From Eledone cirrhosa (taxonomy: Eukaryota), in NCBI GenBank assembly GCA_964016885.1, contig OZ024742.1:341310001-341374000 (forward strand): a DNA stretch of 64,000 bases, given 5' to 3'. Below are positions 47,641-62,554 of the stretch, piece after piece. Position 1 is the stretch's first letter; the number at the start of each line of letters is the position of its first letter. Below the pieces are notes generated by a model. The model did not search any database. It was not told the DNA's origin and was given only the letters and a program-made list of their open reading frames with translations. The translations under genes were made by a program, and so were the position numbers.

Positions 47641-50103
47641 TGGTGGTGGCTGCCAACTCCTTTTCAAGTACGGCCACTACTTTATATCCATGTAGGAGAA
47701 CCTCTACCGATGCGCTGAACGAGTGCGACTTTTTAGTCCAGCCAGCGACTTGAAAACTCTGGTACAAACACTACACTTGTGACAATTATTGACACATAGT
47801 GCTGGGCCCATGGTACCATGTGATGACAAGTACAGAGAGATCTCCAGATATAAAGCAATGCCTGTGCCGTTAAGCTTTTATAGTGAGCAAAGGCACTGCA
47901 CAAAGCCAGTCCCACTCTCTTAACCAAGATGATATTTACCAAAAAGAAGAACAAGTCAACATCATTGGATACCATCAGAGTTGCAGGTGTTATATCAGAG
48001 TTTTCCTTCTCCTAGAATTCTGCCTTGACAAAGGCTAAGGGGTCATCTCTCCCAGTGATTTTGGATGGCCATTGATTCTTAAGAGATCCTTTGCCCTTTG
48101 ACAGGTTTTGTTCTTAGTCCTGCAGGATGTGCAAAGTCACCCTCCTCACCAAGAAACTTTGGTGGGGTTGCCAGTTTAGTCGCCAACGACCCGACCATGG
48201 GTCAGGTTGTACTGGGATACATACATACATACATGGTGGCTGCCAACTCGTTTTCGAGTACGGCCACTACTTTATATCCATGTAGGAGAACCTCTACCGA
48301 TGCGCTGAACGAGTGCGACTTTTTAGTCCAGCCAGCGACTTGAAAACTCTGGTACAAACACTACACTTGTGACAATTATTGACACATAGTGCTGGGCCCA
48401 TGGTACCATGTGATGACAAGTACAGAGAGATCTCCAGATATAAAGCAATGCCTGTGCCGTTAAGCTTTTATAGTGAGCAAAGGCACTGCACAAAGCCAGT
48501 CCCATTCTCTTAACCAAGATGATATTTACCAAAAAGAAGAACAAGTCAACATCATTGGATACCATCAGAGTTGCAGGTGTTATATCAGAGTTTTCCTTCT
48601 CCTAGAATTCTGCCTTGACAAAGGCTAAGGGGTCATCTCTCCCAGTGATTTTGGATGGCCATTGACTCTTAGATCCTTTGCCCTTTCACAGGTTTTATTT
48701 TTAGTCCTGCAGGATGTCCAAAGTCACCCTCCTCACCAAGAAACCTTGGAAAGGTTGCCAGTTTAGTCGCCAACGACCCGACCATGAGACAGCTTGTACT
48801 GGGATACATGTTACCAGTAGCACCAACTGGTGACCTGACATACATACATACATACATACATACATACATACATACATACATACATACATACATACATACA
48901 TACATACATGGTGGCTGCCAACTCGTTTTCGAGTACGGCCACTACTTTATATCCATGTAGGAGAACCCCTACCGATGCGCTGAACGAGTGTGACTTTTTA
49001 GTCCAGCCAGCACTTGAAAACTCTGGTACACACACTACACTTGTGACAATTATTGACACATAGTGCTGGGCCCATGGTACCATGTGACGACAAGTGCAGA
49101 GAGATCTACAGATATAAAGCAATGCCTGTGCCGTGAAGCTTTTATAGTGAACAAAGGCACTGCACAAAGCCAGTCCCACTCTCTTAACCAAGTTGATATT
49201 TACCAAAAAGAAGAACAAGTCAATATCATTGGATACCATCAGGGTTGCAGGTGTTATAACAGAGTTTTCCTTCTCCTAGAATTCTGCCTTGACAAAGGCT
49301 AAGAGGTCATCTCTCCCGGTGATTTTGGATGGCCATTGACTCTTAAGAGATCCTTTGCCCTTTGACAGGTTTTGTTCTTAGTCCTGCAGGATGTGCAAAG
49401 TCACCCTCCTCACCAAGAAACCTTGGTGGGGTTGCCAGTTTAGTCGCCAACGACCCGACCATGGGTCAGGTTGTACTGGGATACATACATACATACATGG
49501 TGGCTGCCAACTCGTTTTCGAGTACGGCCACTACTTTATATCCATGTAGGAGGACCCCTACCGATGCCCTGAACGAGTGTTACTTTTTAGTCCAGCCAGC
49601 GACTTGAAAACTCTGGTACAAACACTACACTTGTGACAATTATTGACACAGTGCTGGGCCCGTGGTACCATGAGACGACAAGTGCAGAGAGATCTCCAGA
49701 TATAAAGCAATACCTGTGACGTGAAGCTTTTATAGTGAGCAAAGGGACTGCGCAAAGCCAGTCCCACTCTCTTAACCAAGATGATATTTACCAAAAAGAA
49801 GAACAAGTCAACATCACTGAATACCATCAGGGTTGCAGGTGTTACATCAGAGTTTTCCTTCTCCTAGAATTCTGCCTTGACAAAGGCTAAGAGGTCATCT
49901 CTCCCGGTGATTTTGGATGGCCATTAACTCTTAAGAGCTCCTTTACCCTTTGACAGGTTTTGTTTTTAGTCCTGCAGGATGTCCAAAGTCACCCTCCTCA
50001 CCAAGAAACCTTGGTGGGGTTGCCAGTTTAGTCGCCAACGACCCGACCATGGGACAGCTTGTACTGGAATACATGTTACCAGTAGCACCAACTGGTGACC
50101 TGA
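47641..50103 (-). repeat. Head-to-tail array of four ~0.6-kb RTE-derived non-autonomous elements separated by (TACA)n
   Basis: Units 47641-48220, 48234-48840, 48909-49486, 49498-50103; the 3' part encodes CHKCSVCTRVFKSLAGLKS(H)TRS. Confidence 0.9.
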
Positions 50104-50346
50104 TACATACATACATACATACATATATACATACACACATACATGCATACACGTGCTTTTTGTTAAAGTTGTTTTTCCGTCGTCTCATCTTTCTTTCTAT
50201 TTCATCTTATATTACTTATTCTATCTTCTGATGAAGGACTAGTGTCGGGAACGTAAATACACCTTTTCTACTATATCAAGCATTAAACTAATATATTTCC
50301 TCATTGTACTGTGTTGTCTGCTTTGTTGTTTTCGTTTACTTATTGG

Positions 50347-51800
<1,454 letters not shown>

Positions 51801-51995
51801 AGAAGCTTGTTTATTGTGTTTCTGTTTTGGCCTTTCATTCTTTATTCTGCTGAAGAAGCTCATATCCTTTTTGAAAATATATATGGAAGTTTTCAAGAAG
51901 GTTTCTGAAGTGATTCACTGAATTCCAATCTTGTAGTTTTCATGGTTGTTTTCCGATATAACTAAAGCATCTGAAATGTTAACTCGTATATAGTA

Positions 51996-52182
51996 TTTGT
52001 TTCTACTTTTGGCACAAGGTCAACAATTATCCCAGTGTATTACTGGTACTTTATTTTATTGACCCCGTAAGGATGAAAGGCAAAGTTAACCTCGGCGGGA
52101 TTTGAACTCAGACCATAAAGGGCCGTAACTCTTTGCTGGTAAGCATGGCGTCCGACCCTCTACCGGTACTGCCAATCCACCA
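51996..52182 (-). mobile_element. tRNA-derived SINE (family 1)
   Basis: Full-length reverse complement of 30428-30619. Confidence 0.85.
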
Positions 52183-52328
52183 TTTCTAAGTCGTACATTG
52201 TAATATGTAGAAATTAGTGTTGAATCAAACGAAACTGCCGAGTGACTTAACCATTGGACTACCTGTACAAGTTTTATAAGTTATGATCAGCTACAGACAT
52301 AAGTATGTTGTATTTAGTTCCAGTTTGA

Positions 52329-52965
52329 TGCAGCATGGCCGAATCATTAAGAGGTCCACTTCGCAATCCTAAGGCCTCAGATTCAATCTGACTACGTAAT
52401 ATCCTGAGCAAGCCTTATGAGTGAATTTTAGTAGATGGAAACTGTTTAGAAGTCTGTTAGATGGAATTATTTCTATTACGCGCAAGGCCTACAGTATAAA
52501 TATTGTATAATACTATTGGACCAAATTCTACCTGGGACTTTGAATAGAATGGGCCTTTGTCGGTTACAACGATGAACGTTAAAGATGTTTGATCAACTGA
52601 GTTACAGACGTATGTTGCATTTAATCCTCGTTTGATGCAGCATGGTCGAATCGTTAAGAGGTTTGCTTCACAATGCAAAGGTCCTGGTTTCAGTCCCAAC
52701 ACGTAGTTTACCAAGCAAATAATGTGAGTAAAGTTTGGTAGATAGAAACTGTTTAGAAGCCCGTTAGATGGACTGTTCATGTAATTTAAAGAGCCAGCTT
52801 TGTCACACAGTCTGTAACGCTGGATTTCCCCGAGAATTATATTTAGGGTACTCGTGTTTATTGGAAGCCCGTTTACTTGCATGTTAATTTTACGAGCAGT
52901 TATGCGGTTAAACGAACAACTTTAACATTCATTGTTGAAACCGACGAAGCTCCATTCCATTCTAA
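52329..52965 (+). mobile_element. Two tandem tRNA-derived SINE copies (family 2)
   Basis: GCAGCATGG.CGAATC.TTAAGAGG heads at ~52330 and ~52637; shared GTAGAT.GAAACTGTTTAGAAG tail. Confidence 0.65.
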
Positions 52966-53133
52966 GTCCCTGGTCGAATTTGGTCAAGTAGACTTATGCA
53001 AGTTGTATACTGTATACCTTACACATAAGTGAAACCAGTTCTATATATATATCAGTATAATCAATCAAGAATTGGTATCATTCTTCTTCGCACTAACGCG
53101 GCCGCCATTTTATCTGCCGTGATAAAAAAAATG

Positions 53134-53164
<31 letters not shown>

Positions 53165-53194
53165 GTGTATGTGTGTGTGTGTGTGTGTATATGC

Positions 53195-53374
<180 letters not shown>

Positions 53375-53939
53375 TATTAAAAGTAAAAAGTAGTATAAAA
53401 GAGTACAACTTTCACAAGGGTGTCTGCTATTAATCATGTATTGACGCTATATATTGTGTTAGTCAAAGTAATATCCATTAACCATATTCACACTAATTAA
53501 TGTAGAACTAGAAATATTTTGTCTACAAAACACACCGTCATTTTGTCCTTCAGGACATGAAACGCTGTGATTTCCTTTGTTTTTTTACAGGATTAAATTT
53601 TATTATCAATGTGTATTGTATTTTATTATATATCACTTCTCAAATTACATTATCGATATCAAATCATCTTGGCAAATCTTTTATTCTTCAATTCTTCATG
53701 CCCTATCGGTACATGATGAGAATTAAAGAAATCGAACTGGTATATACTTCACTATAAAATACTATAAACGGTTACATTGGCGTTAAGGGACTGGGAGTAG
53801 AAAACACTCTCTCCTGGACGGGTCGCCAGTCCATCGCAGGTTTAGACCTTATCTACTGCTGCTACTCATTTTCAGCTTAGTATTTTGGAGTAACGTAATG
53901 TAAAGCTTTTTGCTCCAGAACATAATATATCGACATATG

Positions 53940-54190
53940 TAATCTCCCTACTTACCACCATAGGCGCTGTGCTGCCTAGCCGCTGGTGTGAACCTCGCGA
54001 GCTAGAATGGCTCTTCCAGCGCATCTCCCTTACCATCCTCCGAGGAAACGTCTTCTCTGTTCTGTCCTCCGGGGCCGTGGGACAGCCAGCACGTGGGACC
54101 CCATTTGCTCAAAATAGAGAGTGATGGGGAGGGGGCGAGAGAGATGAAGGCGATGATAGTGGGAGTTCGGCTCTTCTGTGTTCTGACCTT
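53940..54190 (+). mobile_element. CRE-like element 3' fragment
   Basis: Encodes EPRELEWLFQRISLTILRGN; homologous to 43320-43590. Confidence 0.65.
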
Positions 54191-54609
54191 TCTCTTCTTT
54201 TGTATTTACCTTTTATGAGACCTGATTTATGTACACTGGCATCAGCAGAATCGATATAATGATTGTGAGCCAAACATTCTAACCACTTGGCTAGGTGCGT
54301 TGTCATAAAATATCCCTATATCACCGCTTATATCATCTCTGTAATGCCACCTTTATGTAAATGAATTCCGCTCTGACAATAATAAAATTCATGCACCATG
54401 TTTACAAGAGTGACGACAAATAATGTGCGTTTATTAGAGCATGTAAGGGAAGTTACATAGTTATTAGTATCAATCACAGCAAGTATACTGTTCCACATGG
54501 AAAGACTTAATGTAAATTTAAACAGACTCTACTGAGCCAGAATAAAATTACAGTCAATGATTTCTAATGACGAAAATTATTCAGAATTATGTACATATAT
54601 ATGTATATT

Positions 54610-54715
<106 letters not shown>

Positions 54716-54812
54716 TGTGCTTGTGTGTGTCTGTGTATGCATACATATTTAATTATCTTATTTCAATAAAATGAAAAATACTTTTGTGTGTGTGAAGTCG
54801 AAAAACACGTAC

Positions 54813-54862
<50 letters not shown>

Positions 54863-54864
<2 letters not shown>

Positions 54865-57800
54865 GTAATTAGGAGTATTGCAAAGCTTGGTAGAATAAGT
54901 TGTGAGGAAAGTTCTCAACATACGTTATGGTGACTCAACAGGTTGGTAGGGATTCAGTAGTGGAAACACGAACAAACGAGGAGTGTAATCAAAGAAGAGA
55001 GAAATAGGACGAAGGTAAACAGTTACAAAAGAGTTTAATCCACGTATTAACAATTGTTTCATCAGAATTTCAGTCCATTATTGCTACACTATGTTATAAT
55101 AGGCAATCAAGAAAGATACTGTAGCATCCGAATTTTCAAAATACAAAGTTGGAATGACCTTAGGAAATGAAATAAGAGGTAGTAGTGTAAGATAGAGGAA
55201 CAGAGAGAGAGAGAGGGGAAAAAGAGAGGGAGAGAGAGAGAGAAAAGGGATGGAGGTAGGGAGAGAAAGAGAAAGAGATAGGGTGGTGTGAGAGGATTTG
55301 TATAGAATATAGATAAGTTACAAGAAGGGAGGGGGAGGAGGGTTGTGTGCTAAAAGTTGTGATGAGTAGAGGGAGAGAGAAGGAAGATATAATTTTAAGT
55401 GGCATTTGATAGTGGACAGGCGAAAGTCTTACCAGAGTATAGATGAAGGAAGAAAATATTAAGTTTCATATATAGTCTATTTTTAGGAGTGTGGAATTGT
55501 TATTTAGGGTAGAAAGAGAGGTAGTGTTAAGATTTAGTTTAAGGTTTGAAGTGTGAGAATTTCGCTTTCAGTTTATGCTGCCAAAAAATTGACCTTTCAA
55601 TTTTGTTGTTTAGTAGTTGGTGGCTTGAGCTTAGGATATGGAAGAGCTCATTATTACACAACGGGCACGTTCCATCCCACTCCGGTATGGAGGAGCATGT
55701 GAGAGTTTGGTCCATTTAAGGGTGTATTGTCGATTATTCCCTTTTAAATGCCAAATTTTGTCGGCGAGAGTCGTTACGTAACAATGTTGGTGGTGCTTTA
55801 TTGCGTAACGATGTGTGTACCAACGAGTTTTGAAGGTGTTTGCAGTGCTGCCTATGTAGTGCCAGGTTTGGTTGCCCGACTCAACCGAGCACCTGTACAC
55901 TAGGTTTGAATGCAAACATTCGTTATTCAATGGACAAGTCTCTGGAAGGTGGCAATTACAATTTCTGTTATGGGCAGTGGTAGAGTTATAGGTGGGCTGG
56001 GATGTGTGTGTGAGTGTGTTTTGTGCATACTGTTTGTTAGTGGGTGGTTGTGTATTAGGTGTATTATTGTGTTGAGTGATTGGGGTGTTGTTGTTACGGA
56101 GTTTTTGGGCGTTGAGCATCTTAATGTGTGCATCTAGGTTTGGTGCAGTGGAATAAGATAGTCTAATTGTTTTGGTATTAAGTATACTACTATATGTGGA
56201 AAGTGTTTTTTTATAATTTTGTAGAATGTGGAAGGTAAGTTAGAGCTAATAGAAGAGTTAAAAATAGGATTATACCAAATGTAAGATCTACTCCGTGTTC
56301 TGTTTTGCTTTGATGTTGCTGTTGTATTTGTGGTGTGGTTAGTATTAGGGGGTCTAGGTGCGTGTGTGCGGGTGTTTGTGGGGGCGTTTGGCGTGTCTAT
56401 GGTTATGTGTTTTATGGTTGTGTCGGTCCATGTATTCTAGTTTGTCGGTGTGGCCAGCCCGTTCTAATGTAGTATTGTAGTATTCAGCGTGTTGATCGAA
56501 TATTTGTTGGTTAGATGAGAGGCGGGATATTCTAAATGATATACTATGTAGCACGGACCTTATAATAGATAGTGGGTGGTTAGAGCTAGTGTGGATGTAG
56601 GTGGGGTTCTCATTGTTTTTGTGAAAAGGTGTGATAATTTAGGTGTTGAGGTTGAAGATGGCATCTACTTTGGTACTATATTCGTAGGTGATTTGAAGGT
56701 CAAGGCGATCTTGGGTTCTTCTAATGCTCTTACGGGTTCGCTCTATGTTTTGTTTATTCATGTTTTTAACTAATAGGAGAGCGTCATCTCTATATATTCC
56801 GCCTTTAAGGTAACTAAATTTATTATGTAAGGTGTGGGCTATGTATATACCAATAATATCCGTAACTTGTGCTGAGTCATTAGCACCCATAATTATGTCA
56901 AAGTTATCTATTCTATCCTTACGTACCCAAAAGTTATTTTCAAATGTAATTATAGTCTTTCTAGCTGCTAGGATAATGTTTATTTCGTCGTCAGTTAAGT
57001 CAGAGTTGGCTTTCGCAAATGCTAGTGCCTTGTTTAGAGTATCGGGTGATATGGAGGAGTAATAGTCATTAATGTCGAATTGTATAAAGTTAGAGGTATT
57101 TTTGTTATCTATACTATTAAACCATTTAATTGTGTCGCTAGTATTGTCCCAAAGTTTAATAACTAGTTTATTCCTTAATTGTATTATTATTCTATCTAAA
57201 ATATGCTTGCTAATTTTACCTATGTCTGACTTAGAAGGGCATATTAATCTAATTGTGGGTTTATCTAGGAAATCTAATTTGTGGTCCTTAAGATTAAAGG
57301 TGGGGGTGCAAGTTGTCATGGGCTCAGTTCTATCTTCAAGTTCTAGACTTTTGACAATATGGTGTGCTTGTTTGTTGATGTTAAGTAGTGCTTTGTTATT
57401 GGTTTTCTTATATTTTTTATGTAATTCCTTCCGTATAAGGTAGTGGTAGGTATTAATGCACCACGCAATAAAGCGCCACCAACACCGTTACGTAACGACT
57501 CTCGCCGACAAAATTTGGCACTTAAAAGGGAATAACCGACAATACACCCTTAAATGGACCAAACTCTCACATGCTCCTCCATACCAGAGTGGGATGAAAA
57601 CGTGCCCGTTGTGTAATAATGAGCTCTTCCATATCCTAAGCTCAAGCCACCAACTACTAAACAACAAAATTGGAAGGTCAATTTTTTGCCAGCATAAACT
57701 GAAAGCGAAATTCTCACACTTCAAACCTTAAACTAAATCTTAACACTACCTCTCTTTCTACCCTAAATAACAATTCCACACTCCTAAAAATAGACTATAT

Positions 57801-58280
57801 ATGAAACTTAATACTTTCTTCCTTCATCTATACTCTGGTAAGACTTTCGCCTGTCCACTATCAAATGCCACTTAAAATTATATCTTCCTTCTCTCTCCCT
57901 CTACTCATCACAACTTTTAGCACACAACCCTCCTCCCCCTCCCTTCTTGTAACTTAACTATATTCTATACAAATCCTCTCACACCACCCTATCTCTTTCT
58001 CTTTCTCTCCCTACCTCCATCCCTTTTCTCTCTCTCTCTCTCCCTCTCTTTTTCCCCTCTCTCTCTCTATGTTCCTCTATCTTACACTACTACCTCTTAT
58101 TTCATTTCCTAAGGTCATTCCAACTTTGTATTTTGAAAATTCCGATGCTACAGTATCTTTCTTGATTGCCTATTATTACATAGTGTAGCAATAATGGACT
58201 GAAATTCTGATGAAACAATTGTTAATACGTGGATTAAATTCTTTTGTAACTGTTTACCTTCGTCCTATTTCTCTCTTCTT

Positions 58281-58284
<4 letters not shown>
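54863..58284 (-). mobile_element. Penelope-like element (Nematis-like), 5'-truncated, with inverted ~820-bp pseudo-LTRs
   Basis: Arms 54988-55806 and 57463-58284 are reverse complements; (TA)n on both flanks. Confidence 0.9.
55539..57440 (-). pseudogene. PLE RT + GIY-YIG ORF, frameshifted
   Basis: IRLICPSKSDIGKISK, QFDINDYYSSI, FDIIMGAND, GIYRDD, CNC..CPL...C, LVYRC..YIGST..FKTRW..H. Confidence 0.85.
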
Positions 58285-58330
<46 letters not shown>

Positions 58331-58489
58331 ATAAATTAACGGAGCCATAGAATCTCGCTATTCCCTGTCATTAATGTGCTCAAAGGAGAGGGAATCCCGA
58401 TCCCTTTATAATACAATACGTAAAAAAGTTAACACACCAGAGATAGCGCACTAGCTCTCTCTCTGGTGTGTTATCTTTTCTACATATTG

Positions 58490-58548
<59 letters not shown>

Positions 58549-58668
58549 TATATATGCATGTATGTATACACATTTCTTTTCTATACAAACACATACGCTC
58601 ATGCATATATATACACAGACACAGATACACACACGCATACGCGCGCGCACACAGACACACAGATATAT

Positions 58669-58753
<85 letters not shown>

Positions 58754-58756
<3 letters not shown>

Positions 58757-59620
58757 TCAGTCCCTTAACATCTGTAGTGGTCGGGGAGATCCAAATGCAG
58801 AAGCAGCATACATTCAAAATAGTCTATCAACAGTGGCCATCAGCAAATCTGGTGTAGTCATGTGTGTCCATTCTTTGACATTGTTCAACCAGTTTTTGTG
58901 TTGACGTCCCCTCCTTCATCCACCTTCAACGGTGCCTTGCATGATGGTCTTGGCATGTCGTGTGACATGGCCAAACCACGCCAGTTTTCTCCTCTTGACA
59001 ATGGTGGCGAGAGGTTCCTGGTGACCCTCACAATTTTTAACTTTTCTCCTCATGTATTTATTGGTTTTATGTTCCCAATAGGAAATACAAAGAAGTTTTC
59101 TCACACATTTGTTCTCAAATGCCTGCATCCTTCTCTCTGTTTCTGCCAAAAGTGTCCAGGTTTCACACCCATATAAGAGGAAGGAGACTACCAGTAATTT
59201 CTACAATCTGTACTTGGTCCATATAAGAGGAAGGAGACTACCAGTAATTTCTACAATCTGTACTTGGTCTGGAAGCTGATTTTTCTCTTCCATATTCTTG
59301 CCAATTTGGCCATCACTGCCATAGCTGCAGCAATCCGTATGAGGATTTCTGCGTTGCAGGTACCATCTTTTGACAAGACTGCTCCCAAGTATTTGAAACT
59401 GGACACTTCCTCCAATGAATGTCCGTTCATGGTGATGTTGACACACGTGCTACTTGTGCTATTCAACATTACTTTGGATTTCTCAGAGCTGACCTCCATT
59501 CCGTATGCTCCTGCTCTTTCGATAAGTTTGTTGGTCAAGTCTTGGAGCTAGTTGTTACTGCTTGTTGTGAGGTCAATGTCGTCTGCAAAATATAGATTAT
59601 AGATGGGTCTACCACCGACA
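58754..59620 (-). pseudogene. RTE-clade LINE 3' fragment with a 50-bp tandem duplication (59170-59269)
   Basis: YFADDID, YGMEVSSEKSK, FKYLG, RKLAWFGHV; ends in a short TGA repeat. Confidence 0.85.
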
Positions 59621-60084
59621 GGGTTTGTGAAGATAAAGATGCATCGTCACTTGTGTCTATTGCCAGGTCTCGTATCGATTTCGACACGGGAGTATTTGTG
59701 ATTGCCGGTTAGTATTGTAGCGCTTGACATTTTCCAGCATTAAACTGCATGTTGTTGTCCTCAATATCTAGATCTTGTTGTAAAATGGCAGCATCAGCCG
59801 GGTTTTTGATTGCCTGTGCTACCTTAGTGTCATCAGCATAGCTAGTGAGGGATGTTGTATGTACTACAGAGGATATGTCTGAGAGAGCCACCAAAGCCAG
59901 TAGTGGTCCCAATAGTGTGCCCTGGGGCATCCCACTTGTTATTGATGTTTCCTATAAGAGGGCCCCAATGAGTGCAACTGTCTGGTTTCTGTCTTTTAAG
60001 AAATCACACAGCCACTCACCTACTTTTCCAGTTATGCTGATTCTGTGTAATTTGTGACATATCATTCCGTGGTCAACCTTGTCA

Positions 60085-60085
<1 letters not shown>
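59620..60085 (-). pseudogene. CR1/L2-type reverse transcriptase fragment
   Basis: DKVDH, SGMPQGTLLGPLL, SYADDTK. Confidence 0.75.
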
Positions 60086-60122
<37 letters not shown>

Positions 60123-60133
60123 ATATATATATA

Positions 60134-60337
60134 CAGGGGGTGCAGAAAAGTTCCTAGCTTTGGGTAAAAGAAAATGTAGAAGGATCAGTTAATTATGATT
60201 TTATTCAACATATTCCCCTCTCAGATTCACACACTTATTGTAGCGGTCCTTCAGTTTTTCTTAGCCTTGTATAAAGAACTCGAGGCTTGGGCTCTGGCGC
60301 ATCGATCAAACCAGGAACTTTTCAGCTCCGCACCTCG
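60134..60337. mobile_element. Mariner-derived MITE
   Basis: Imperfect TIRs (CAGGGGGTGCAGAAAAGTTCCT / AGGAACTTTTCAGCTCCGCACCTCG) with TA at both ends. Confidence 0.75.
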
Positions 60338-60374
60338 TATATATATATATATACACACAGATACACATATATAT

Positions 60375-60427
<53 letters not shown>

Positions 60428-60636
60428 TGTGTGTGTGTGTGTATGTGTGTATGTGTGTGTGTGTCTGTCTGTGTGTGTGTATACGTGAGTGTCTGTGTGT
60501 GTGTGTATGTTAGTTAGGTATGTCGTTGTACATATCAGCTCGCATGTCTGACGAGATGTCGAAAAGAAGTCATGCCCCTTCACGTTTATTGCATCCTCAG
60601 CTGACTTCGACTCTTTTAAATCTCTTTCACCTCTCC

Positions 60637-60694
<58 letters not shown>

Positions 60695-60695
60695 C

Positions 60696-60747
<52 letters not shown>

Positions 60748-60754
60748 TTCTGAT

Positions 60755-60803
60755 GATTCCTGATGATTTCTAAAGAATGAAACAGTTCTAGTCCTGTAGA
60801 ATC
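60755..60803 (+). ncRNA. Type I hammerhead ribozyme, core and stems intact
   Basis: GATTC CTGATGA T TTC TAAA GAA T GAAA CAG TTCTAGTC CTG TA GAATC. Confidence 0.75.
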
Positions 60804-60889
60804 TCATCTATATTAAAACTTTTATACTCTGCAATGTATTGAGTACCTTACTTACTGTGGTTACCTCCGATTCAACCCGGAATAACGTA

Positions 60890-60928
<39 letters not shown>

Positions 60929-61320
60929 TCAGCGAGAATCGCATTTCGGCGTTTAGAAAAAGCGAGACGAAACGCAAAATCAGAGTTATGCTGGCAAGCG
61001 TTCCATAGTTAAAAAACCAGAGCTAAACAATATGTTAAAACGCCATACAAACTGAAAAAGTGGTCAAGAAGGCATTAACGACTTAAGCCAAAAAGCAAAT
61101 TAAGCTAAACAGGTCAAACAAAATAAATGATAAAAACAGACCTGGACCCATTGGAATTGATGGTAAAATCTAAATGCAGGGTTTCTATGACACCTAAATC
61201 AATAATACTGTCTGCTTAAAACTATAAGCTTTTGGTATAAAGATCGAACAAGGAATATCACGTTATCAACAGGTATTTTGCTCTGTACCAACTTTGCGAA
61301 TGACGTAGAGCTTTGTAAAA

Positions 61321-61388
<68 letters not shown>

Positions 61389-61635
61389 AACAAATACTGG
61401 ACGTGAAGTATAGAAAAATGAAGAATTTAATCAAAAGTTCGTCTAGTATTTATTTTTCCTATACGTTTAAAACTATTATTACTCCCTGATCTTCCACCTG
61501 GATACTATAATCTGATCCCTCTTATTGGACTATTACTGTAATCTATAAGGACCATGTCGAGAAAAATACTTTGGTAAGCAATCTTGTTTTATTTTTGTTT
61601 GTACACTTATCTACACAAACAAACTTTACTTGTAG

Positions 61636-61685
<50 letters not shown>

Positions 61686-62063
61686 AGGTTTACATATATA
61701 TATATATACATATATACATATACGTGTTTTGTAACGGGTCACTTTGTGGCTCAATGAAAAGTTAATAAATTAAATAATCAGAGCTATATATCATAAAACA
61801 TCTCTATAGAATCACCAGATAAAATATATACCATTTCCTCTCTCAATTAGCATAATTAACCATATAAAAAATCGAAAAGACCAGGCTATAAGAATAAGGC
61901 TTCTATGAAGAAATCTCCAACAAATAACCGAAACCAGCCCTTCGCGTCGGCTGCGACGGAATATTTATCGAATATTTCAACAGCGTAATCGCTCAGATAT
62001 ACAATCAATTAAACAGAATTAGGTGTAAAATAAACTAGGAGAAAAGAAAATACATTTATTTAC

Positions 62064-62136
62064 CTCGACCATGGTTTCGTCCGAATTTTGAGATTTCCAA
62101 TAACTTCGGAAACTCGAGCATCGGACTCTTCAGGAG
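62064..62136 (-). ncRNA. Type I hammerhead ribozyme with long stem II, intact
   Basis: ctc CTGAAGA GTCCGA...TCGGAC GAAAC CATG GTC gag, followed by AATAAA; palindromic stem III ACCATGGT. Confidence 0.8.
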
Positions 62137-62483
62137 TTTGCTCTAATCTAGACAATAAATTTTCCAAAGTGATCGCGCCAAGAATACATTCAAAAATGGC
62201 TAAGAATCGTGACGTAGCAGCGGTCAGGTTGGAAGGAGTGTGGTAGTTGCTTACGGCTGGTGGCTCTTTGCTAGAAAACACAGCACAATACAGCCAAATT
62301 TGTATCTCAACCTAATGGGAGATTATTACATATAAAGGTTTACATATATATATATATACATATATACATATACGTGTTTTGCAACGGATCACTTTGTGGT
62401 TTCGATTTTTTATATGGTTAATTATGCTAATTGGGAGAGGAAATGGTATATATTTTATCTGGTGATTCTATAGACATGTTTTA

Positions 62484-62554
<71 letters not shown>

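Noticed and set aside
48700-48840. Possible HDV-like ribozyme at the 5' end of the RTE-derived unit
   Set aside because: RTE 5' ends can carry one, but I could not build the nested double pseudoknot by eye and saw only simple hairpins; an RNArobo/Infernal search would settle it.
58752-58765. CTGATGA on the minus strand next to (TA)n
   Set aside because: It is the TGA-repeat tail of the RTE fragment; no stem II or GAAA follows.
60930-60985. Hammerhead-like fold on the minus strand
   Set aside because: The core reads CTGATTT rather than CTGANGA.
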